From: a virus
Direction: 5' to 3' (one strand)
Virus record (IMG/VR): IMGVR_UViG_3300045988_083295
Span: 1,409 to 65,408 of that record
Length of the DNA: 64,000 nt
The notes beneath the pieces were generated by a model that saw nothing but the letters and a program-made list of their open reading frames with translations, was not told where the DNA came from and ran no database searches. Every line of letters begins with the position of its first letter. Position 1 is the first letter of the stretch. Shown one piece after another: positions 12,001-17,394 of this stretch. A program made the translations under genes and the position numbers.

Positions 12001-14966
12001 ATCTCAACTGCAAGCATGGCTTGGAACGTAACGAAGCGATGGCTCGCAAGTTTGCCGAGGCCAAGGCCGAAGAGGAATTTGAGGCTGAACTCAAGAAAGC
12101 CCAGAAGACTGCAACAGCCAATCCTAACGACCAAGCTGCCCAGCTGGCTCTTTTGGATGTGCAGCTGCGCATGAATGACAGAAAGCACGAACTCTATCTC
12201 AAGAACCGCGAGAAGGATTACTCAGGTCTTACGGATATTTTCGACCCGAAGGATAAGGTCACTGGAGACAGACTGGATCTCACCGTTTCGGAATTGGAAG
12301 ATAAGGCAAAGAAGTGTGTTGATGATTTCGAGGCTAAAGTAGGTGTAGCGGAAGTGACCAAGCTGTGGGACAACATTCATGAACTCAACAACTACTCACT
12401 TCGCAAGTCCTATCTCAGTGGTCTTATCAGCAAGAATCAGTACGACAGCGTGAAACAGATGTACCAGTGGTATGTGCCTCTGCGAGGCTTCAACGAAGAG
12501 GTTGCTGGCGATGTGTACACGTATGTGACAAGAGGCGAGACGAGGACTCAGCAGCTTCTGAAGGAGGCCAAGGGACGTACTTCACGTGCTGGAGATATTC
12601 TTGCCACCATGATGAATATGGCCAATTCTGCCGTGAACCAGGGAAACCGAAATCTCATGAAGCAGAAGATCCTCAATCTCGCGCTTAACGCCAAGAGTCC
12701 TCTGTTGTCTGTGAGCAGTACATGGTATCAGACGGATGCCAACGGATTTGACGTACCCATTGAGCCGCCCATCAACGACCAGATGACTCCTTCAGAGCAG
12801 AAGGATGCCATCGAACAGTGGGAGGATACGATGGAGATGCTGGCCAAGCAGGGCAAGGTTCATCGCATGAGCGACAATCTCAGATTGAATCTCCGCACCC
12901 AGAAATGGCAGGCAGATGAGCATTGTATCCGCGTGCAGCGTGGCGGCAAGGAATATTGCGTATGGGTGAATGGTAATCCACGTGCAGCTCAAGCACTCAA
13001 TGACAGACTTGGGAATCAGGTCACCAAACCGTACAAGGCAACTGAGACTATTCTGGACAAGGCCGAAGACCTCTTCACGGATGGCTTCATAAAGATATTC
13101 AGATATATGGCTCAGAGCGTGACAAGCCTTAACCCCGAATTCGTCATCAGCAACTTCCAGCGAGACCTCGCTTCCGCTTCGCTCATCAGCACGGGCAAGT
13201 ATGGTGCAGGTTACACGAAGGACTTCCTTGTCAACGTGAAACGACTTGGCGTGCTCACAGGAACTATGTCTCACAAGAAGGAATACCGCAACGCAGCAGG
13301 TATCTATACGCTCTACAGCAAGTATAAGTCAGGAAACCTTGACAACAACAACGAGATGGAGCGTTACTTTGCCGAATTCATGGCGAACGGAGGCGAGACC
13401 GGCTACACGCAGTCGCTCAGTATTAAGGACTACCAGTCCCGTATCCAATCAGCACTTGGAGACAAAGGCTTTGTGAAATGGTCAAAGAATGCTGGCCATG
13501 CCGTTGCTGATTTCGTTGAGATGGCCAATAGGGGTGTGGAGAACACCTGCCGATTCGCAGCATACATGACAAGCCGTCAACACGGCAAGAGTGTGCTGCA
13601 ATCCATCGTTGATGCGAAGGAAGCGAGTACGAATTTCAATCTCCATGGCGCAGGAGGATTCGGTAACGCTTGGCTGAGGAAGAGCATTATCTTCATCAAT
13701 CCTGCCGTGCAGAGTATTGTGCAGTATTGCCAACTGACGGCCAAGCACCCGAAGGCCATGCTTTCCATGCTTGGCGGTACCATCGGCCTTGGTGCAGCTA
13801 TGGCATTTGCTTGCGCCAGTATGGTCGCACCGGGTGGCGGTGATCCTGACAGTAATTACTGGGATCTGTCTGATTACGTCCGACACAATTACATTGTGAT
13901 ACCTAGCGGTAATGGGAATTGGACACGTATTGCACTCCCTCCCGAAATCAGAGCCGTGTATGGCCTTGGCGTCATCGCGATGGAGGCCGCGATGGGACGG
14001 ATGAATCATAGCAGCATTCCTGCGGCTATCGGTGATCAGCTTATGCAGTTCTCCCCCGTTGCCTTCCTTGATCCACGCAACTTCTTCAACAGAAGCGACA
14101 GCGATCACCCTGTCGGCAAGACCTTGTTCAGGGCATTTATACCTACGCTCCTTTCACCTCTTGCAGATGCATACGTATTTGACGAGGATTTCATGGGGAG
14201 ACAGATTACGGGCAAGAATGACTTCAATGATGACAAGCCAGAGTTTCAGCGGACAAGCTATGATACCCTTCCGCAGTTGGTATCCTTCTCAAGGTGGCTC
14301 AACAATATCAGTGGCGGCAACGACTACAAGAAGGGCTGGATCAATGTCAATCCATCGTCAGCAGGTTATGTGGCTTCCCAATATATCGGTGGTCCCTTGC
14401 AGTTCTTCACGAAGATAGGCAAGACGGTTGCCATGATTACCTATGAGGACTTGCGCGATATGCGCAATGTGCCGTTCCTGAGCCGATTCATGACATCCAC
14501 AGACAATGACTATGGCCGCAATCAGGTAAGCAATGCAGAATTCAAGTATTGGTCTGCCATTGCAGATGATGTCAGAACTCAAATCAGAGGATTCGAGAAG
14601 GAGATTGAATCTGGCGATACAAAGAATCTTGATGACTACAAGAAACTCGTCAGCAGTAAGGAATACGAGATGTATCAGATGATTGACTATATGGATTGGC
14701 TGAAGGATATCAGGGAACTCAACCAGAAACGCAAGGAAGAGACTACGCAGGATGCCCAGAAGCAGGTTACGCTTGAGATTTATGAGGTTCGTCGCAAGAT
14801 GGCCGAATGTCTCAACAAGGCTGAAGAGATGGGTGTTTATCTGGAGATGGGTCAACTCAACCTTGAATTGGCCAATGCCAAGACCACGGAAGAGAGGGCT
14901 GCCATACAAGCCAAGATCAACGAGAAACGCAAAGAGAATCTAAAGAAAATCGGAGCGATTGAATGA
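12..14966 (+). CDS. Giant polyvalent (multi-effector) virion-type protein, >=4,984 aa, 5' end possibly outside window
   Basis: Single uninterrupted ORF. There is no in-frame stop between nt 3 and the GTG at 12, so the true start may lie upstream. It contains ParB-like, InPase-like, three HExxH, kinase-like, SAM-MTase, MuF_C-like and PLxRFG-like motifs (sub-features below). TGA stop at 14964-14966 is followed by a terminator. Confidence 0.9.
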   Translation: MLRTVKNGDDVMNRVNRQVARATRPNQQKVNLGFNNKHSLLGGGSQVQHEGKKFDAAKGDFVDQYSTEAGNVYDNTYEADAEQYNINRNKRDADTLDMVADIERQIREQEELLEKTRKASRDVKAPDNLWDALRYTMSHADGSRLDQEDIDEEAIKANITNLQNRRSLLLHGTSIGQKVGKSIGDQLAEVNKMINANLDDYYKNHPDGGPKIHDLEYNEIWSIPSNPYLDVAKRSLEDAQEMFNEAGKSVGESGLTGFGKGVIRGFGSKLFDARTWDMGYTDLKGGLSLAEVLKKADEGKPLTVEQQKMLDAKATELACAAYFSGALGRGYKAGQVTAESIPFMLEFMLNPLSGTGRSAQAMLTRYALKRFGRKATMELGEDAAKKILYGDIRQLTKSVFDKGLSKGARRLAAKTLAGKASARIAGDITGAAGMTFTTGQGRVAADMLNRATGQVKFGVDTDGKVKYTGHDAPEESSLLTAYGKAFGSQFSENYSEFMGPYISYVGGMFANGLKKIGGKYLFDGLSSLRNRSAAAVMKLPFAPMVSDFIREATKSDWAKVIKGMQKRAHWDGTAEEYLEEVAGNMLNAILVGDNDFSTEEGRGVFNLSDNIDTFLGVGLMSGAMSVSSAAGYRTPAYRARKMVENADARGEKLMGGSLWGKFRSSFDAAQSEQDKQVILTSLLQNSSLTNEGRRAALQYAIGKQFQQAVADGTFREMEEDAEKGNEVERACRAEYAEGQNIDSVEEMRDAKTRYNVLLREALAVEPNAEIYSDPQFYEQSNPNATPEQKAAMRAYAEAKAQYEGVADRMKTDMADQQQKANEQVDRFKNQTDGLITRVRLRGSDAEFYVTSGHISLNNDGTINDAATSSNLTIVDGEGNERFISRGDVVDVLAQNTPEETLEQLNDIIMNEAKAKADLIDGKLSFRAGDTFTILNNEGQEQKVTIAQDPSTMAMSAVIEGEQAAVPLTEDSMAKLQQMSDAYQESRFGKYRQEQLDAVANAENEATQEGTAPASPTAAQEETGEPTEARSYGYGESVSYVDGEGHTQEGVVHGKTPEGTYEVEFDNPPSGKNVVDEYTQEELDALVQPIPAGQTEEAIPEPTALERVPINEETGEPMFEKADSETALDALNEVTGGNEDNTTAIVRAQVEQATKALEALKKKKPSKKAPSLKGSPLAMVKAQQEAEANYNTAMEEYNAQVAAAEENLNAWSRINSLMNDRKRAIREQQEAERKAREEELHAEAVARLEEDKRIAAEKAAEQEAVGTHAVNPKIKAKWDGATKVEGNPNAITLADGSTIRGHYVLTEAGAATASHDVNNAYEPTEGFPVDENGESVNDRDYKRDRDAQRIVRDMADSYDGRALQSPVIVSKDGVVLSGNNRTMSGEIAARQGTDKAYVAHLREFGAMFGFTPEQIDGMQHPRVVFVPDEELPYDANTFARFNAEQQKKQSKPEHAVKLGKIVPDNVFTSIVGDISRFDRMSDYYADGKAAASAISQLLDAGVINEMQLPELRTGNALSAAGKELIENTLIGKVFQTSPDAVRQIISTPTLRQSVVMGLNEIANNRTLAKSGYDLSKELAAAVDLVSRAKAEAPEIYKEGMPVSPYGRQQGLFDDEYGDSRVTDGVTLLLADLLNSGKPSDLRKVLSTYNHEAASPAAGLMDMFSGDVPSKEDVLNNVLNHFRNATPKEQQAIVDAAIAERKRRAEAAEPGGGSQGGEQTENAVRGSEETSAENLGGNQADGIQEKLTEEEADAMLDRMKSIADPMPEVELTPENWMNTFGLSNKIDTPIGEVKMGESQYAKLMEKKRSKEFGMVVGTITDPDVVFIEPSSAKDGQVTERAYSYVFVKTFKKEDENVRYYSSVTVSIDGMEISVSSHYINSNKAKKKLLELNRRYTKTALISNSSDGRLAEQQDAVPDLLPTQENNAVSDLPFPKDGVSVGEDTANSTELQGNGKESSHKGFVPDEKVIEENVQRSERALGLPSSVKREKTEVKVSDNGKVMVIKTDYSANGSKASVITLLAENDGQLDWAAQSFVDGKPTSELKYDYTLSYDDMMEMFDDNDAIRQDINPLKQIARNAGIDIDALLNGKEHGTKVSIEASREKTSENEGEKTLSAQIEDASADVNTEPTEAQKEAGNYKKGHVHVGSFDITIEQPQGSVRKGTDANGKQWESKMHNTYGYFRGTEGVDGDHIDVFLSNDIDGWNRQTVFVVDQYNPDGSFDEHKVMLGFNNAEEAKRDYLANYEKGWENGRRIDVSAVNLADFEKWIASSHRKTKPFSEYSSVKKEGSSSSETKQSKSTAEEKPFNAVIEMLRKKFPDASMEALTAADRLLREQALPGERQKAIEAVAKALGLKVEWRDTMEKENGTFNPKTRTITIARDSEHALANTFGHEVTHAVRKLSEADYKNLKDAVRRLYPSEKEYNEAVQAYGEVYTDLDFDALEEELIADNIGFMIGGRNDMTQELASRMNHRVLWAIHDAMNKVRNALAKVLHIDSKKNGLLEAIDSARATIRETMANAQRIAKEKGQGLSNESDSTKQSLRTQDTTIRDALVERMRLSGMDVITDETGQRVLDMANGRDTRFEAARHKSEAARRRDEMLRAIDQAKAFISGKTEQQTRAERRERERKFREETKVLYDRVLAGNFDSVTLQLLDDFINKVTPNNYYGRPLSKRLSERTLRKVYERERTSSVDALFSRISESAVPADERTRPEAKRRIEEKKKELLKGWAIATGNWHTAVSDFTDDTKPIGSGKDSVVYHSKDGKSVIKVSKGKESARKFRPDMDNVALFNTVFPASKYEIIGYGEIDGKFVRFLRQPIVDFTDSTPLSVEERVAYMERLGFRPMNDEKTAFTNGEIVASDIQGNNIVKDRDGNIRVIDADMRFHTKEFGGKYSYPAVETDTETAPNIREQRVYHGNGANDVRFFRTANGKAYGFTVGGKIYIDPRIATSETPVHEYAHLWATALKSANAKEWQNVVGLMKGTKVWDEVKALYPELKSDDEIADEVLATYSGRRGAERLREEQRRIAKGNGSVFEKAEAISALERVKQALKRFWKGVADFLHIHYTSAEEVADRVMKDLLDGVDPRKFGDGGKSLDAYNKIRKHFIGEQGAERADHAEEVTTRIDNLNVAREMEDAKKDAKAIKMATGWERGADGKWRYEIPDLKYFGKGDAGYKKARGKQPWSKELDGLSDKIFDGEELSESEYRRFDELAQKEDDFKTDYLNREKPHLADWVENDELFKAYPDLKRVNVVFTDQLPTNVGGSYNEREHTIVVNTNYVGDIDSVLAHEVQHAIQKIEGFARGGNPESIQERFKAAKKEWRARAWADELRYKADEMGEHYNQAAVEKALIDEYKEMGMDDDEWMPDKETRMKGFNYFARGYADRSMDADIKNFRLAESTRADFNPYMEYTKLGGEVESRNVEKRMKMSPEERRASLAAETEDVSREDQIFLFGEDGTSMKTSSDLNEMFGNRWLDEQTNDDGRHTTQVKSTINSYKKFGDWVKRDSNGRDVDVLDASSGLGLGTAWMRDNGFKVDDVEPFPSDSREAPTFSSYDEIDKKYDYIISNAVLNVIPDDWRANVLHQMADKLKDGGKLVINVRGAEGIRKQGIEGKTRTTLDDASEILVHRPDGSIKSYQKGFTKSELKEWCEKELGEGYSVEIANNKNAGGSYDTAVVVTKNNESDIETINTKFNEELQQQIDGTLPEGHIYKMGKPGRILLSTGVPNLPIQMNAKRLQVKATLFDHDFDLSEVKDLVRVLQHPLAVFAYGDKSKAQNIIVPLQKDGKNFIVGLSLNPTVGGRKLEINSIRNVFPKDNSEWLNWINQDKALYIDKEKIQTLIDQQRTNLADVAYLDLDSVANVMENFENPKVSDENVADGGIMFRNGGAADAEKQSRRGTPNLYPDHIAQAIYEQSVSGFKFDLDEAWHDSLLSVKRLQEAISETRGVPIRDFENVYWHAVTLSSVNAAEMEQLMNLRIQPFIEAVQDICKKHDLTQEDIEVYLNCKHGLERNEAMARKFAEAKAEEEFEAELKKAQKTATANPNDQAAQLALLDVQLRMNDRKHELYLKNREKDYSGLTDIFDPKDKVTGDRLDLTVSELEDKAKKCVDDFEAKVGVAEVTKLWDNIHELNNYSLRKSYLSGLISKNQYDSVKQMYQWYVPLRGFNEEVAGDVYTYVTRGETRTQQLLKEAKGRTSRAGDILATMMNMANSAVNQGNRNLMKQKILNLALNAKSPLLSVSSTWYQTDANGFDVPIEPPINDQMTPSEQKDAIEQWEDTMEMLAKQGKVHRMSDNLRLNLRTQKWQADEHCIRVQRGGKEYCVWVNGNPRAAQALNDRLGNQVTKPYKATETILDKAEDLFTDGFIKIFRYMAQSVTSLNPEFVISNFQRDLASASLISTGKYGAGYTKDFLVNVKRLGVLTGTMSHKKEYRNAAGIYTLYSKYKSGNLDNNNEMERYFAEFMANGGETGYTQSLSIKDYQSRIQSALGDKGFVKWSKNAGHAVADFVEMANRGVENTCRFAAYMTSRQHGKSVLQSIVDAKEASTNFNLHGAGGFGNAWLRKSIIFINPAVQSIVQYCQLTAKHPKAMLSMLGGTIGLGAAMAFACASMVAPGGGDPDSNYWDLSDYVRHNYIVIPSGNGNWTRIALPPEIRAVYGLGVIAMEAAMGRMNHSSIPAAIGDQLMQFSPVAFLDPRNFFNRSDSDHPVGKTLFRAFIPTLLSPLADAYVFDEDFMGRQITGKNDFNDDKPEFQRTSYDTLPQLVSFSRWLNNISGGNDYKKGWINVNPSSAGYVASQYIGGPLQFFTKIGKTVAMITYEDLRDMRNVPFLSRFMTSTDNDYGRNQVSNAEFKYWSAIADDVRTQIRGFEKEIESGDTKNLDDYKKLVSSKEYEMYQMIDYMDWLKDIRELNQKRKEETTQDAQKQVTLEIYEVRRKMAECLNKAEEMGVYLEMGQLNLELANAKTTEERAAIQAKINEKRKENLKKIGAIE
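3876..4215 (+). other. ParB/sulfiredoxin-like nuclease-fold module of the giant protein
   Basis: VIVSKDGVVLSGNNRTMSGEIA (nt 4107-4172) fits the ParB N-terminal DGxxxxxGxxR signature. Domain borders are approximate. Confidence 0.6.
6411..6809 (+). other. InPase-like (polyvalent-protein inorganic pyrophosphatase-like) module
   Basis: AGNYKKGHVHVGSFDITIEQPQGSVRKG...YGYFRGTEGVDGDHIDVFLS resembles, from memory, the InPase block described for polyvalent proteins. Confidence 0.55.
7056..7440 (+). other. Zincin metallopeptidase module 1 (MPTase-PolyVal/ArdC-like)
   Basis: HEVTH at nt 7179-7193, preceded by TRTITIARDSEHALANTFG, typical of polyvalent-protein zincins. Confidence 0.6.
8253..8648 (+). 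other. Protein-kinase-like fold module
   Basis: Glycine-rich loop plus Lys (GSGKDSVVYHSKDGKSVIKVSKG), then a catalytic-loop/DFG-like segment IQGNNIVKDRDGNIRVIDAD. Confidence 0.5.
8739..8900 (+). other. Zincin metallopeptidase module 2
   Basis: HEYAH at nt 8865-8879, preceded by GGKIYIDPRIATSETPV. Confidence 0.5.
9750..9915 (+). other. Zincin metallopeptidase module 3
   Basis: HEVQH at nt 9864-9878 in the context EREHTIVVNTNYVGDIDSVLAHEVQHAIQKIEGFARGGN. Confidence 0.5.
10440..11030 (+). other. Class I SAM-dependent methyltransferase module
   Basis: Motif I VLDASSGLGLG (nt 10539-10571), an acidic residue after beta-2 (FKVDDVEP), and a later YDYIISNAVLNVIP...GGKLVINV block. Confidence 0.6.
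11109..11510 (+). other. MuF_C-like / large-polyvalent-protein-associated module
   Basis: LPEGHIYKMGKPGRILLSTGVPNLPIQMNAKRL...HPLAVFAYGD...NFIVGLSLNP...EINSIRNVFPKD matches the conserved MuF C-terminal-type block as I remember it. Confidence 0.5.
12471..12494 (+). other. PLxRFG-like motif (YVPLRGFN)
   Basis: Motif seen in the translated sequence. Assignment to the PLxRFG domain family is from memory only. Confidence 0.35.
13690..13850 (+). other. Hydrophobic/transmembrane-like helices in the C-terminal part of the giant protein
   Basis: IIFINPAVQSIVQYCQL and LSMLGGTIGLGAAMAFACASMVAPGGG are long apolar, Gly/Ala-rich stretches. Confidence 0.5.
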
Positions 14967-14974
14967 CAAAGAAG

Positions 14975-15006
14975 AATCCCCTGCCTCATGGTGGGGGATT
15001 TTTTTG
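14975..15006 (+). terminator. Rho-independent terminator after the giant gene
   Basis: Stem AATCCCC (14975-14981) / GGGGATT (14994-15000), followed by TTTTT. Confidence 0.8.
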
Positions 15007-15012
15007 TTGCGT

Positions 15013-15058
15013 GAGGACGGAAATACGGCAACGCTATGGTTATCTACGCCTAACTTCG
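15013..15058 (+). promoter_or_regulatory. Late promoter copy: GAGGACGGAAATACG box plus -7-like TAACTTCG
   Basis: The 15-mer is identical to 19956-19970. GACGGAAATAC starts exactly 35 nt upstream of the -7-like box, as in the other two copies. Confidence 0.55.
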
Positions 15059-15062
15059 CGAC

Positions 15063-15647
15063 ATGGACAATAAAAACGAAGATACGAGCATATTGCGTAA
15101 TATCGCTTATGTGATGCAGATTATACTCTTCATAATCTGCATTGCTTACACATATCGCAACTATCGCCTTCATTCGGGTACGGATGATGTATCCTTACGT
15201 GTGGATACCCTATATGTTACGCGAACGGAACGAGTGGGTTCGCCAACAGTACGCGATAGTGTTGTGCTCAGATTCAAAACAATCCCTGTCGTGAACGAAG
15301 CGATGCGTCCAGACACAGCCATGACCGATACAGCCTCCGATGTTGTTGGAATAGAGGCTTCACGTGATAGCGTGAATATTCCCATCGTTCAGCACGTCTA
15401 TGCAGATACGCTGCACAATGGAATATCGTATCAGGCTTGGGTGAGCGGATACGATGCGAGTCTTGACTCCATCTGTATCAATTCGCGCACACAGACCCTT
15501 ACCAGGGAAATGCGCATACGCTCTCCCACTGATGAAGCTCATTCGAAGACAAGGAGATTCGGATTGGGCATTGTTGGCGGATGGGGAATAACACAGCATG
15601 GTTTCTCGCCATTCTTGGGGGTTGGCGTGACATATAGACTATATTGA
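15063..15647 (+). CDS. Hypothetical membrane-anchored protein
   Basis: ORF track. N-terminal hydrophobic helix IILFIICIAYTY. An alternative in-frame ATG at 15106 fits the promoter spacing better. Confidence 0.6.
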   Translation: MDNKNEDTSILRNIAYVMQIILFIICIAYTYRNYRLHSGTDDVSLRVDTLYVTRTERVGSPTVRDSVVLRFKTIPVVNEAMRPDTAMTDTASDVVGIEASRDSVNIPIVQHVYADTLHNGISYQAWVSGYDASLDSICINSRTQTLTREMRIRSPTDEAHSKTRRFGLGIVGGWGITQHGFSPFLGVGVTYRLY

Positions 15648-15649
15648 CA

Positions 15650-16147
15650 ATGGAATACAATTACAACTGTGATGTGACGGCTTTGATTGCCGATATCCGT
15701 AAGGAGGTTGAGGTTCGTGCTTCAGCCCTCACAGATGCTGATGGTGGAGCCTATCTGCGAATGAGTATCACGGAACGCACGTTGCCTCTCATTGTACAAT
15801 ATATCTCAGATGCGTTTGGCAAGGCTGTGGCCATGTGCAGCAAACGATACAATGTGAGTCTTGATGCAGATAACCCCGATGTCTCAATCGGTGTTACGCT
15901 GGATATCGCGAAGAATCACGATGATGAGACCTTGAAAGTCGCATTCAGGAATCTTCGGGATTACGCCATGTACACGGCTGTCGCAAGATGGTACGCCCAG
16001 ACTTCAACCGCTTCGGCAGATGTCGAGTTGTTCAACAGTAGAGCTGCCGAGAGTTATGCAGCATTCGCACGACTGCTCGCAAGGCGTACACCACCGACAA
16101 GGACGGTGCCTGAAACACTGGAAAGAGAGGCAACTAACTTTGAGTAA
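15650..16147 (+). CDS. Hypothetical late protein
   Basis: ORF track (TTG at 15644). First ATG at 15650, just after the upstream stop. Confidence 0.6.
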   Translation: MEYNYNCDVTALIADIRKEVEVRASALTDADGGAYLRMSITERTLPLIVQYISDAFGKAVAMCSKRYNVSLDADNPDVSIGVTLDIAKNHDDETLKVAFRNLRDYAMYTAVARWYAQTSTASADVELFNSRAAESYAAFARLLARRTPPTRTVPETLEREATNFE

Positions 16148-16156
16148 GGATACAAG

Positions 16157-16765
16157 ATGAAGCACACAATAGAGATTAGGTTGTACATGAGCGAGATGGC
16201 GTATGACGTGCAACGCATTCTTTACACCATCGGTGAGGGCATATCCGTCAGCAGTGATGTGCCCGAATCATCCACGCTCCTGCAGGATGACAGTGAAGAA
16301 CGCAAGCTAGGCATGCTTCGCTCGTTCACTTCCACATATGGAACGCTCAAGGCTGCACTGAGCGAATATCTCATTGAGGATGAACACCTCGCTGACAATG
16401 TGCTTATGGAACTGACCAAGCATCCCCAGTCTCTTACGCTGTATTTCTCTTACAAGGGTAAGCCCGTGGAAGACAAGAGTAAGATTGTTGACAATACATT
16501 GATTACGTTGCTCCGCGTGCCGTCCAACTTCAGGACTTCTGTGAAGGAACAGATCACCAAGTGCATGCACGACTGCATGGTGTCCAATGCCGTTGCGGAT
16601 GCATTGTCATTGACTCCATATGCAGAGTATGCCGCAAGCTATCTTCAGAGGGTGCAGGATGACATGCTGGGCATTGAGACGGCATTGCAGTTGCGCCAGC
16701 GTCCCACACGCGTACATGCCCCATCGGCAGACGAACCACACACCAACGATATGAGATATGAGTAA
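16157..16765 (+). CDS. Hypothetical late protein
   Basis: ORF track, ATG start, tightly packed in the late operon. Confidence 0.6.
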   Translation: MKHTIEIRLYMSEMAYDVQRILYTIGEGISVSSDVPESSTLLQDDSEERKLGMLRSFTSTYGTLKAALSEYLIEDEHLADNVLMELTKHPQSLTLYFSYKGKPVEDKSKIVDNTLITLLRVPSNFRTSVKEQITKCMHDCMVSNAVADALSLTPYAEYAASYLQRVQDDMLGIETALQLRQRPTRVHAPSADEPHTNDMRYE

Positions 16766-17387
16766 CGACAAAAACAAGACGGAAGCTATATACGGCAGAT
16801 ACGGATGGCTCATCGGACCATCAGACTTGGTTGAATGGATGGAGGCCAATGCTCTGAGGAAGATGAATCAGGACACACGGCATGTCACACTGCTTTTCAA
16901 GCGTGATGCGCTTGTCTACGATATCAGCAATGTGGCTTATGTCGAGGGTGATGTGATGAATCCTGCTGAGAAACGTGGCATGGGGGAACATGCAGGTCAT
17001 CAGACGCAGGATATTGCCGAGGATGGCAACATAGACCGCGTAACGCGCATGCTTGACCTTGCCCATGCATTGTGTGTGGAAATGCTCTATCCGTATACAC
17101 AGAGCCAGTGCAATGACGGAATGGAACTGACTGATGACTTCGGGGAGACCGCTTGCTACCGCATAGAGATGGATGTTCCATCCAAGTTCAGCCATACGAC
17201 CGCCATTCTTCTTGAGAAACTTATCCATGAATTCATGGTTGCACGCGTACTTTGCGACTGGCTGATGATCACCAAACCCGATGCAGCCCAATTATGGGCG
17301 GCTAGGGCAAGCGAAGTATTGGACAAGGCCAAGAGCGTGATGCGCGCTAGGTCAGGGATCCTGACACGCCCATTGCGCCCATTCTGA
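16758..17387 (+). CDS. Hypothetical late protein (position compatible with a small terminase subunit)
   Basis: Overlaps the upstream gene by 8 nt and lies immediately upstream of terL. No motif recognised. Confidence 0.55.
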   Translation: MSNDKNKTEAIYGRYGWLIGPSDLVEWMEANALRKMNQDTRHVTLLFKRDALVYDISNVAYVEGDVMNPAEKRGMGEHAGHQTQDIAEDGNIDRVTRMLDLAHALCVEMLYPYTQSQCNDGMELTDDFGETACYRIEMDVPSKFSHTTAILLEKLIHEFMVARVLCDWLMITKPDAAQLWAARASEVLDKAKSVMRARSGILTRPLRPF

Positions 17388-17394
17388 TTAGACT

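Noticed and set aside
67-14943. Dozens of 60-250-aa ORFs on both strands nested inside the giant gene (for example 1083-1718, 3726-4370, 8040-8879, 11448-12188)
   Set aside because: All lie inside one continuous 4,984-codon frame with recognisable domains. Their translations are low-complexity or Cys/Arg/Ser-rich, which is typical of off-frame artefacts.
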